DNA from: Acidobacteriota bacterium
Lineage (GTDB): Bacteria; Acidobacteriota; UBA6911; JACQSX01
Direction of reading: 5' to 3'
DNA: 64,000 bases
Assembly (NCBI GenBank): GCA_036507075.1
Contig: DASXQR010000083.1
Span: 136,883 to 200,882 of the forward strand
A model generated the notes under the pieces. It worked only from the letters and a program-made list of their open reading frames with translations. It had not been told where the DNA came from and ran no database searches. Positions 10,434 to 18,850 of the stretch are shown in pieces. The position numbers and the translations under genes are program-made. Position 1 is the stretch's first letter; every line of letters begins with the position of its first letter.

Positions 10434-10447
10434 GAATATACGCGCAA

Positions 10448-10584
10448 TTGCCACGAAGACACGATGGCACGAAGATCCATCAATTTCATTTGGAAGTGCC
10501 ACTGTTCCGCACTGAACGTTTTTTTCTGAGGGGTTACTTCAAAACAAAATACTGATCCTTCGTGTCTTGGCGCCTTCGTGGCAA
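10448..10584. repeat. Inverted CACGAAG tandem-unit hairpin
   Basis: TTGCCACGAAGACACGATGGCACGAAG ... CTTCGTGTCTTGGCGCCTTCGTGGCAA between convergent genes. Confidence 0.85.
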
Positions 10585-10599
10585 GTCGAAATGCTCAAC

Positions 10600-11319
10600 C
10601 TACCGCCCGCCCTCGGAAATCTCCTGATCCAGATCGATCAGTGCCTGTATCAGTCTCCGCCTCACCGCTGTCGCAAATGGATTCTGGGATTCCAAGTCAA
10701 AAAAAAGTTCCAAAGAATCATTCTGCAATGAGTAGAGAAGCTCGAAAAATTTTTCGGGCCCGGGCGTCGAGATTTCACGCCGATTCAGACCGGCGTTTTC
10801 AATGGCTCGCGAAATAAGATGGAACACAGCTTGTGTTTCCGCCATTTCGCGATCGTGCTCTTCCGGGGTGGTCTCGATCACAATCAGGCCGATGCTTTGC
10901 AGATAATCACGCACCGGAGCTATTCGATTTCCGCGCACCGGGCAGAGCGCGATCTTCAAGCCTCGAATTCCACCCTTGCCGCTGTCCGGGCCGAAAAGCG
11001 GGTGTGATCCGAGGACATCCACAAAGTCGGGCAGCCGGTCCATCAGCGATGACAGTGGTCGGACCTTGACCGAACAAGTGTCAATTATCAGTTGTCCCGG
11101 ACGCAGAAGTGGAGCGATCTGCTCGCAGACTTTCGACACTTTCCGAATCGGGACGCTGAGAATCAGCACATCCGCGGCCACGGTTTCTTCCAGCGTGGAT
11201 CCGCCTGCGACTGCCGGATCGTACCAGTGGAGGCTGAAATCAGACGACAGGTAATCGACCACCATCGATCCAAAACGCCCTTTACCCAGGACTCCAATGG
11301 AACAGCGGGGTTTCTTCAT
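10600..11319 (-). CDS. tyrA: Prephenate/arogenate dehydrogenase
   Basis: GKGRFG Rossmann motif, DTCSVK, HPLFGP, EEHDREMAETQ. Confidence 0.8.
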   Translation of the reverse strand: MKKPRCSIGVLGKGRFGSMVVDYLSSDFSLHWYDPAVAGGSTLEETVAADVLILSVPIRKVSKVCEQIAPLLRPGQLIIDTCSVKVRPLSSLMDRLPDFVDVLGSHPLFGPDSGKGGIRGLKIALCPVRGNRIAPVRDYLQSIGLIVIETTPEEHDREMAETQAVFHLISRAIENAGLNRREISTPGPEKFFELLYSLQNDSLELFFDLESQNPFATAVRRRLIQALIDLDQEISEGGR

Positions 11320-11458
11320 GCAAAATCAAGTCTCGAACTTGACAATTCAAAGATTCAAAATTGAATTCGGAGCTCGAAACGCGGAATTGTAATTCGAAAA
11401 TTCTTATTGAGCCTAACCGCGATGGCGGCCGATAGGCAAATTCTTTATCATCATTATC

Positions 11459-12097
11459 ATGCCGAATTCCATGCAATGCCGGCTTTCACGTGAGAGCGCC
11501 TTTCCCGGCCTGTTGTTTCGCGAGTCTCCATCTTCGGCCTTGATCGAACGCTATTGGGACGGGAGACAGGCTGGTCCTGAAATGGCCACCACGATTCACG
11601 CTGCCTGGAATTCAGAACATCTCTATTTCCAGTTCTCAGCGCCTTACACGGAGCTGTACGTAAACGAAGACTGGTCAAACGACCGCAGCACTTACGGACT
11701 CTGGGAGAGAGATGTGGTGGAAGTTTTTCTCAGGCCTGATATTTCTTCCGTTTATTTTGAATTCGAAGTCAGCCCGCTGGCACAGTGGCTGGATGTGCTG
11801 ATTCGGGAACCAAGAAAAGATGTTGATTTTTCGTGGGCGTCGGGGATGAAGGTTCAATGCGAGCTCGATAGTGCAAAGAGACAGTGGATTTCCCGGCTGA
11901 CCGTTCCGCTCGCGCCCATGCGAAACGCTCTGAAAACAGATCTGGTCTTGAAGGCGGGGGTGATCTGGAGAGCGAACCTGTTTCGCGTCTCCGGGGCGGA
12001 ACCGGCGCGCCACTACCTTGCCTGGCAGCCGACCTTTACCCCCGCGCCCGATTTTCACGTGCCTTCGGCCTTTGGAAATCTCATCTTCGTGGAGTGA
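11459..12097 (+). CDS. Carbohydrate-binding family 9-like (DOMON-like) protein
   Basis: LWERDVVEVF, YFEFEVSP, WRANLFR, AWQPT...DFHVPSAFG. Confidence 0.8.
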   Translation: MPNSMQCRLSRESAFPGLLFRESPSSALIERYWDGRQAGPEMATTIHAAWNSEHLYFQFSAPYTELYVNEDWSNDRSTYGLWERDVVEVFLRPDISSVYFEFEVSPLAQWLDVLIREPRKDVDFSWASGMKVQCELDSAKRQWISRLTVPLAPMRNALKTDLVLKAGVIWRANLFRVSGAEPARHYLAWQPTFTPAPDFHVPSAFGNLIFVE

Positions 12098-12136
12098 CTT
12101 CTCGATCCATTTGGATACCCGGATGCAAGAGCCGAG

Positions 12137-12183
12137 CTTTGTGTCTTGGGGGTTCATTCTTTTTTCACCACCAAGACACCAGG
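12137..12183. repeat. Tail-to-head (GTG arm first) hairpin of CACCAAG units
   Basis: CTTTGTGTCTTGGGGGT - AT-rich spacer - ACCACCAAGACACCAGG. Confidence 0.75.
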
Positions 12184-12195
12184 CTATCTCAACCG

Positions 12196-13686
12196 TCACT
12201 GGCTGCTCCCCACCGACACCTTGTTCTCAAACGCCGTCATGCGCCAGTTACTCAAATCCACCAGGGCAACGCGCAGCATGTATTCACCCGGCGGCGCCAG
12301 TACCTTGCCGTTGTATACGATCATCCTTCCCGCCTGGATGTCCGTGCGCGACAGATTCACATCAATGAAGTCCCGCACGCGGCTGATCTCCTTTCCATGG
12401 CTGTCGACCAGCACGCCAATGATGCCCAATTGAGTCCGCACCTGTTTCAGCGAAAATCCCGCAAGAGAATACGGACTCACCAGGAGACGAAAGGGAAGCC
12501 CTTGCAACGCTCCGGAAGACTTCATCGGCAGCAGATCCAGCTCTCCGCCAATCTCGTGGAATGTGGTGTGAAGGTCCAATGGCAGCGAGCTCAGGCGTGA
12601 ATTCTTGAAGAGGGCTGAAACGAAATGCTTCTTCGTGCGCAGGCGCTCCGGCAGATTCGCGAATACTCCCTGCACCTGATAATCAGGACGATTTGTGACT
12701 ACCTGGATGTTTCTTGCCAGACGCTCCGCATACGGATCTGAAGTTATGAAACCCAACGTGTAAAGGCTTCCGAAAAGAGAGGCGTTGATTTCCGCCAGTG
12801 TTCCTTCGAAATCTATGATCGATTCAAAGGATTCAAAGCTGCGGCCGCCGGAGCGCTCCGCCAGCGAGGAATACGCAGCATGCTGGCGATCGAGCTCGTC
12901 CTTCAGAGGCGATGGCGTTTCTTCGGCCGGGACGGACTGCACCGACGGAACCCAGACAGTAAAAATGGTTACATTATTCTGCAGTGCGGTTTTCAACGCA
13001 GGGTCCGCCGATTTCACATCCGGATCCTCGCCGTCGGAGATGATGACCACAATGCGCCGCTTTCCGTCACGGCGTTTCCCCAGATTCCGGGACAGCTCCG
13101 ACAGTGACGCATAAAGATTGCTCCGGCCCGAAATATCCTTGTGGGCTTGCTGAAACCCCCGGGAGAGCTGCGCCGGATTGGCGGTGAAATCCTGGAACCG
13201 CGCCAACTTGTCGGAAAAGCCATAGACGGCGACTTCGGTCCCGAGCGGCACGTTTCGCAAAAAGCTTTCCGCGGCCGCAATTTCCTCGGCGCGCGTGCCG
13301 TAGGTGCTGCCGCTGACGTCCAACAAAAAAGTGAGCGCGACCGGGATATTTGCGCCGCCTTTTCCGGGTGGTTCAAAAAATGTGATCGCCTGCTTGACCC
13401 CTTCCTCGTAAAGCGTGAAGTCGGATTGCCGCAGCGCATTTACAAAACGGCCTTCGCCGTCTTTGACGGAAAAACGAACCGTGACCAGATTGACATCCAC
13501 TCGGAATTGGGGCGGTTCCTGGGGTTTTTCCGGTTGTTGCGGCTGCGGTGACTGATGCGGCGGTGACTGATCCGATTGCGCAGGCTTTTCCTGCGCACTC
13601 CGGGCCACAATGCGGCTGCCCGGAACCCACGCGTGCACAATGAGGAGAAAAAGCGGAAGGGAGAATCGAATCTTCAAAGCACTCAT
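12196..13686 (-). CDS. Secreted VWA-domain protein
   Basis: FRVDVNLVTV, MIDAS DVSGS, SDGED, ERSGG. Start uncertain. Confidence 0.85.
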   Translation of the reverse strand: MSALKIRFSLPLFLLIVHAWVPGSRIVARSAQEKPAQSDQSPPHQSPQPQQPEKPQEPPQFRVDVNLVTVRFSVKDGEGRFVNALRQSDFTLYEEGVKQAITFFEPPGKGGANIPVALTFLLDVSGSTYGTRAEEIAAAESFLRNVPLGTEVAVYGFSDKLARFQDFTANPAQLSRGFQQAHKDISGRSNLYASLSELSRNLGKRRDGKRRIVVIISDGEDPDVKSADPALKTALQNNVTIFTVWVPSVQSVPAEETPSPLKDELDRQHAAYSSLAERSGGRSFESFESIIDFEGTLAEINASLFGSLYTLGFITSDPYAERLARNIQVVTNRPDYQVQGVFANLPERLRTKKHFVSALFKNSRLSSLPLDLHTTFHEIGGELDLLPMKSSGALQGLPFRLLVSPYSLAGFSLKQVRTQLGIIGVLVDSHGKEISRVRDFIDVNLSRTDIQAGRMIVYNGKVLAPPGEYMLRVALVDLSNWRMTAFENKVSVGSSQ

Positions 13687-13858
13687 CCGTCTACCTTGGG
13701 TCATCGTAATACAACGACCGGGCTTGGACGTGAGAAAAAAAATCAGTACCGCGACCATAAGCCCGGATTATTCATAAACTGGACAACGAACTGCAACCCC
13801 AACCATGCCTGCAAGAGCGTGGTGCTTATATCTGCCGGCTGCCGATTCGTCACAGTGC

Positions 13859-13952
13859 TTTCACCGCAGAGTCGCCGAGATCGCCGAGGTCTCGCAGAGT
13901 TGCAGTCCAGACTCTGCGAAATCTCAGCGTACTCTGCGCCTCGGCGGTGAAA
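13859..13952. repeat. CGCAGAG/CGCCGAG hairpin, family B copy 1
   Basis: TTTCACCGCAGAG...CTCGGCGGTGAAA; homologous to 44244-44334. Confidence 0.85.
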
Positions 13953-14042
13953 TGCTTTTGTGGCCGGCTTCCAGGTTCTTGCCCCGGTGGCGTCGATTTT
14001 TTTCACGTCGGCTTCTGGTATGATCACGCCAAAAGGCTGTCT

Positions 14043-14387
14043 ATGGATAACTGTCTCTTCTGCAAAATCTCCACCAAGGAAATTCAAGCAAAGTTGGCTT
14101 ACGAAGATGAACGGGTAGTGGCCTTTTACGACATCAACCCGCAGGCGCCTACGCATATTCTGGTGGTCCCGCGAAAACACATCGCGTCACTCCACGATTG
14201 TACCGAAGATGACGCCGCCCTGATGGGACATGCTTTGATAGTCGCGAAAAACCTGGCGGAGAAGCAAAAGCTGAGCGGTTCGGGTTACCGGGTGGTCCTG
14301 AACACCGGGCAGGGGGCGGGACAAAGCGTGTTTCACATACACTTTCACCTGCTCGGAGGCCGCAGCTTCAAGTGGCCGCCGGGGTAA
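14043..14387 (+). CDS. Histidine triad nucleotide-binding protein (Hint)
   Basis: CLFCKI, DINPQAPTH, QSVFHIHFHLLGGR, WPPG. Confidence 0.93.
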   Translation: MDNCLFCKISTKEIQAKLAYEDERVVAFYDINPQAPTHILVVPRKHIASLHDCTEDDAALMGHALIVAKNLAEKQKLSGSGYRVVLNTGQGAGQSVFHIHFHLLGGRSFKWPPG

Positions 14388-14454
14388 TGCTTGTACTCAC
14401 AGAGCAGCGTCCCGTAGGGGCGTGGCGGCAATCACGTAAGTCATCTCGCCTTAA

Positions 14455-14571
14455 CAGTACCGCGGTGCGTGAGCCCGCGGCGCGCGCATCACGGTGATCT
14501 GATCGATTGGAGCGCCGCTTATCCTCAGGCCGATCGATGCGTGCGCCGCGGGCTCACGCACCGCGGTACTG
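14455..14571. repeat. REP-like inverted repeat with AGTACCGCG head
   Basis: 36-bp arms at 14455-14490 and 14536-14571 with one mismatch. Confidence 0.85.
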
Positions 14572-14605
14572 ATCGGGAGGGTCCTGCACACTCTCTGGGC
14601 GGCGT

Positions 14606-15460
14606 TTATCGCAGCCGGGCCACCAAGCATCGCGGGATTCCATTCAGGTCAGGGTACACGTACAGGTCGCCCCAGCGCGCACCGAAAAGTGACTGCACCG
14701 CGTCTTGCTGACCATACCCGATCTCCAGGATCAGCCATCCGGCCCCCGCCAGTCGCCCTTCGGCCAGCGGCACGATGCGCTTAAAGAAGGAAATCCCTTT
14801 ATCGGGGGCGAACACGGCCAGGGCGGGTTCGTGCTCCCGCACATCCTCGGCGACGCGAGGATCCAATTGGGAAACGTACGGCGGATTGGAAAAGATTGCG
14901 TCCAGCGGCGCAGCGGTTTCGGGCAGCAGGTCCGTCTCGACGAATTTGATCCTTTCCAACACTCCGTGTGCGCAGGCATTCTCCCGCGCAATCCGCAACG
15001 CCGCAGCCGATGCGTCCGTTGCCAGTACGAAAGCGGATGGAATCTCTGCTGCCAGGGAAACCGCAATACAGCCGCTGCCGGTGCCGATATCAGCCAGCCT
15101 GCAGGATTCTCGTCTTGGTGTCTCTTGCGCCTGGAAAATCGCGATGCCTTTCTCCACCAGCAGTTCCGTTTCAGGCCGCGGGATCAGCACGGCAGAGGAG
15201 ACGACAAATTCGCGCCCGTAGAACTCTCTTCGTCCGGTAATGTAGGCCAGCGGTGTTCGGGATGCGCGCCGTTGCACCCAATCAAGAAACTTCTCGCGAT
15301 CCTGATCCTGCAACTGAAAATCATAATGAGTCAGGATCCAGGTCAAGTCCCGGTCCAGAATCCTGGAAAGAAGAAGGCGCGCATCAAGCTGCGCGTCCTG
15401 GATGCCGGCCGTCTTGAGCTTTGAGCCGGCCTGGCGAAGCAGTTCCTGAATGGTGGCCAT
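14606..15460 (-). CDS. prmC: Release factor glutamine methyltransferase
   Basis: LIPRPETE, DIGTGSGCIA, NPPY; follows prfA. Confidence 0.95.
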   Translation of the reverse strand: MATIQELLRQAGSKLKTAGIQDAQLDARLLLSRILDRDLTWILTHYDFQLQDQDREKFLDWVQRRASRTPLAYITGRREFYGREFVVSSAVLIPRPETELLVEKGIAIFQAQETPRRESCRLADIGTGSGCIAVSLAAEIPSAFVLATDASAAALRIARENACAHGVLERIKFVETDLLPETAAPLDAIFSNPPYVSQLDPRVAEDVREHEPALAVFAPDKGISFFKRIVPLAEGRLAGAGWLILEIGYGQQDAVQSLFGARWGDLYVYPDLNGIPRCLVARLR

Positions 15461-15463
15461 CGG

Positions 15464-15688
15464 TCGCTAGTCCGGATTATCCAAAAACTTCACCGCGAAG
15501 AGCGCTAAGAACGCCAAGATAGCGCGGGGTAACGGCCTGGAGCTCAAAGCATGAAGGCCAACGCAAAAAGAAATGACATGCAATCCTTAATTAGCCTTCA
15601 TGCTTTGAGCTCCAGGCCGTTACCCCGCGCTATCTTGGCGTTCTTAGCGCTCTTCGCGGTGAAGTTTTTGGATAATCCGGACTAGCGA
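15464..15688. repeat. 225-bp palindromic element, family A copy 2
   Basis: Perfect 95-bp inverted repeat (15464-15558 / 15594-15688) with a 35-nt loop, between prfA and prmC. Confidence 0.97.
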
Positions 15689-15700
15689 TCGATGACCAGG

Positions 15701-16774
15701 TCACGCCACCACGGAGTTCTTGAGTTTCTCGGCTTGGAAATGCGCAACCACGGAATCGATCACTTCACCCAGGTCGCCCTCCATAATGGAATCGAGCCGG
15801 TGGAGTGTCAGGCCGATGCGGTGGTCGGTAAGCCGGTTCTGAGGAAAATTGTAGGTGCGGACTTTTTCACTGCGATCACCGGTGCCTACCTGAGACCTGC
15901 GGTTCTGAGCGATCTCGTTTTGCTGTTCGAAAAGCGCGCGCTCATAAAGACGGGAGCGTAAAACTCGCATCGCCTTGGCTCGATTTTTGATCTGAGATTT
16001 CTCGTCCTGGCAGGAAACCACCTCGCCGGTGGGAATGTGCGTGATCCGAACCGCCGAATACGTTGTGTTGACCGACTGCCCTCCGGGACCGGAGGAACAA
16101 AACGTGTCAATCCGGATGTCCTTGGGGTTGATCTCGATTTCCACTTCGTCGGCTTCAGGCAAGACGGCAACCGTCACCGCCGATGTGTGCACGCGGCCGC
16201 TTGCTTCCGTCTGCGGCACCCGTTGCACGCGATGCACCCCGCTTTCATACTTCAGCTTACTGTAAACCCCGGAGCCCTCGATCATGGCGATTACTTCCTT
16301 AAGTCCGCCTACGCCCGAGAAGTGCGATGAAAGAACGTCTACTTTCCAGCGCTGGCGCTCGGCGTAACGGCTGTACATGCGAAACACCTCCTGGGCGAAG
16401 AGCGATGCCTCATCTCCCCCGGTTCCCGCGCGAATCTCCAGGATCACATTCTTTGCGTCGTTGGGATCCCTGGGAATTAAAAGTTGCTTCAATTCTTCAG
16501 AGCAGCGTTCCAATTGCTGCTCCAGAGAGGAAAGTTCCTCTTTAGCCAGGGCCAGCATTTCCGGGTCGTTTTCCTGGGCGATCAGGTCCCGCGTTTCGCG
16601 AACGCCGGCCTCGAGTCCCCTGTACTGATCGTGCTTTTCCACGATCTCTTCCGATTCGCGGAAAGACTTCATCAGCTTCTGATATTTTTCAGGATCCGAA
16701 ACGACGGCGGGGTCGCTTAACTGGCGGGAAAGCTCCTCATGTTTCTTTCGTATCTCTTCCAGCCGATCGAACAT
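15701..16774 (-). CDS. prfA: Peptide chain release factor 1
   Basis: GGQ motif; PQT (PxT) RF1 specificity motif. Confidence 0.97.
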   Translation of the reverse strand: MFDRLEEIRKKHEELSRQLSDPAVVSDPEKYQKLMKSFRESEEIVEKHDQYRGLEAGVRETRDLIAQENDPEMLALAKEELSSLEQQLERCSEELKQLLIPRDPNDAKNVILEIRAGTGGDEASLFAQEVFRMYSRYAERQRWKVDVLSSHFSGVGGLKEVIAMIEGSGVYSKLKYESGVHRVQRVPQTEASGRVHTSAVTVAVLPEADEVEIEINPKDIRIDTFCSSGPGGQSVNTTYSAVRITHIPTGEVVSCQDEKSQIKNRAKAMRVLRSRLYERALFEQQNEIAQNRRSQVGTGDRSEKVRTYNFPQNRLTDHRIGLTLHRLDSIMEGDLGEVIDSVVAHFQAEKLKNSVVA

Positions 16775-16777
16775 GGC

Positions 16778-17695
16778 TTACGCTGCCTGAGTCTTTAACT
16801 CGCGCTCTATGCCGAGCGCCTGTTCCAGCGAATACAGGGCCACCTGGAGCTGGTCGTCTGAAGGCTCCTGTGTGGTTATCAACTGCAGCCACAGCCCCGG
16901 TTTCATCAGGGGTCTCCAGAACAAGTTGTTCGGTTTCCTGGCTGAAAGCCGGATCAGCTCATAGGACAAACCTGATACCAGCGGCATCAGCACGATGCGG
17001 GAAAGCAACAGCGGGACAAAGCTTTTCCATTTGAAAAGCGTGAACACGAAAATGCTGACCAGCATGACAAACATAAGAAAACTGGTGCCGCATCGCGGAT
17101 GCAGGCGCGTGAAGCGGCGCGCGTTTTCCACCGTCAGATCGGTTCCCGCCTCCCAGTTATGAACCACCTTGTGTTCGGCGCCGTGGTACTGGAAGATCCG
17201 GTGTATGTCTTTCATGCGGGAGATGAACACCAGGTAGGCCAAAAAAATGACCACCCGGATCAAGCCGTCCACACAATTAAACAGGATCCAGTTTTTCAGC
17301 AGTGGAAAGATGGAGGCCCCGATCCTGGTCAGGTACAACGGCACAAACAGGAACAACCCCACGCCGAAGACGAGCGCCACCACGAATGAGGCCACAAGAG
17401 CGAGCCGCTGCTTCCAATTCTGTTCTTCGTGCGACGCGCTGTGGGGCTCATCGAGAGCCGCCGCCGCGGAAAAATTCAACGCCCGGACGCCCAGCATCAT
17501 GGCATGCACCAGCACCACGAATCCGCGCAGCACGGGCCAGCGGAGCCAGCGCTTCCAGGGAGCCATTTCCAGTTTTTCCTTGAGCACAGCCAGCTCACCG
17601 GATGGCTTGCGCACTGCCACGGCAAAGGCATTGGGAGTGCGCATCATAACCCCCTCGATAACTGCCTGGCCCCCGACTAAAACATTCTCTTCCAC
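16778..17695 (-). CDS. DUF1385-family membrane protein
   Basis: GGQAVIEGVMMR, YHGAEHK, HPRCGTSF; usual position between rpmE and prfA; GTG start at 17695. Confidence 0.88.
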   Translation of the reverse strand: MEENVLVGGQAVIEGVMMRTPNAFAVAVRKPSGELAVLKEKLEMAPWKRWLRWPVLRGFVVLVHAMMLGVRALNFSAAAALDEPHSASHEEQNWKQRLALVASFVVALVFGVGLFLFVPLYLTRIGASIFPLLKNWILFNCVDGLIRVVIFLAYLVFISRMKDIHRIFQYHGAEHKVVHNWEAGTDLTVENARRFTRLHPRCGTSFLMFVMLVSIFVFTLFKWKSFVPLLLSRIVLMPLVSGLSYELIRLSARKPNNLFWRPLMKPGLWLQLITTQEPSDDQLQVALYSLEQALGIERELKTQAA

Positions 17696-17697
17696 GG

Positions 17698-17910
17698 TTA
17701 CTTGCCCTTCTTTGCGTATTTCTTCTGGAATCGCTCCACGCGGCCGGCCGTATCGATTAGTTTCTGTTTCCCGGTGAAAAAGGGATGGCAACTGGAGCAG
17801 ATTTCCAGACGGATTTCCTGGCCCGGCTTGGTGGACCGCGTTTCCCACTCATGGCCGCAGGCACAGTGAACGTGTACCGGATGATAGTCGGGATGAATCG
17901 CTTCTTTCAT
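17698..17910 (-). CDS. rpmE: 50S ribosomal protein L31 (Zn-binding type)
   Basis: [26 protein letters not shown]. Confidence 0.97.
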   Translation of the reverse strand: MKEAIHPDYHPVHVHCACGHEWETRSTKPGQEIRLEICSSCHPFFTGKQKLIDTAGRVERFQKKYAKKGK

Positions 17911-17978
17911 AGTGCTTTTGACCTCGAAACAAAACGTTTAGTTTACCACCGGCCCTGCTATCGAGGAAAGGACTCGTA

Positions 17979-18392
17979 TCGAGCCATCTAAAATGTAACC
18001 CAAGAAGGTATCGTCGAGCCATTTAAGATGTAACCCAAGCGAAACGACATTGGAGGGTTACGTTATGGGTGGCGATCCCAAGTGGGAATACTTGGTTGCG
18101 ATCTACCAGCGATACCAGGAAGCGAAGCGAGGGCGCAAGGGAGCGATTCTGGATGAGTTGTGTGCCAATACTGGATATAACCGCAAGTACGCGATACGCA
18201 AACTCAACGGTTCTGCTCCGCGCAGGCAGGTGAGACGTGGCGGCAAGCGCAAACCTCTGTATGGGTCGCAGGTAATCGAGATTTTAACGGCCGTGTGGGA
18301 GACGGCCGGTATCCCTGGTCGGTCAAGCTGAAGACGCTGTTGCCGCTTTGGATGCCATGGATCCGAAAGCGATTTAAATTTAGTGCCGGCGT
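17979..18392 (+). pseudogene. Truncated, frameshifted transposase remnant (N-terminus of an integrase-core/ISNCY-like transposase) with a duplicated end motif
   Basis: RYQEAKRGRKGAILDELCANTGYNRKYAIRKL; frameshift near 18310 continuing as YPWSVKLKTLLPLW; 26-bp direct repeats at 17979-18004 and 18014-18039. Confidence 0.7.
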
Positions 18393-18606
18393 GCTGTGCC
18401 TCTGTGGTGAAGTCTTTTCTCGAAGGGCAGCATACACACAGATGGGAAAACGCCGGCTCAGTTTCACGTGCATGCCCCACAGCCGGGTAATCCATGGGTG
18501 CTTTCGGGCCGTTCAACCCGCGTGGGAGCACCGACTTACACCGGTTTTGAATGCCAGCGCCGGTGCCCGTCCGAGAAACCCGTGCAAGTTTGATGAAATC
18601 CTTACC

Positions 18607-18636
18607 TTGACAAAATTTTGGCGCATCGGTTAACTT
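18607..18636 (+). promoter_or_regulatory. Probable sigma70 promoter of rpsA
   Basis: TTGACA-N18-TAACTT upstream of the rpsA leader. Confidence 0.5.
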
Positions 18637-18850
18637 TACTTCTTTAAATACCAGTTAAGGAATGCTCCAGTTTGTTGTCAGGACCCAAATATCGGTCTCC
18701 CATCCCGGCTCGGGGAAATACCCGATCTAGCAAAGCTCCGCTTGGATTCGGATTTGCCCCCGACGATGCCAACCGTCCCGGCAACAGTCCCACGCTGGAA
18801 ACAACCTTAGAAATCAAAAAAAAGAAATCACATTAGGAGGATTGTTTTAA

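Noticed and set aside
11325..11402. Degenerate 7-mer array (TTCAAA/TCGAAA) upstream of tyrA
   Set aside because: Too decayed and without a clear opposing arm; it may be an old element.
18666..18799. SRP RNA, tRNA or a known riboswitch
   Set aside because: No SRP helix-8 motif, cloverleaf or aptamer consensus recognised. No tRNA or rRNA was seen anywhere in the window.
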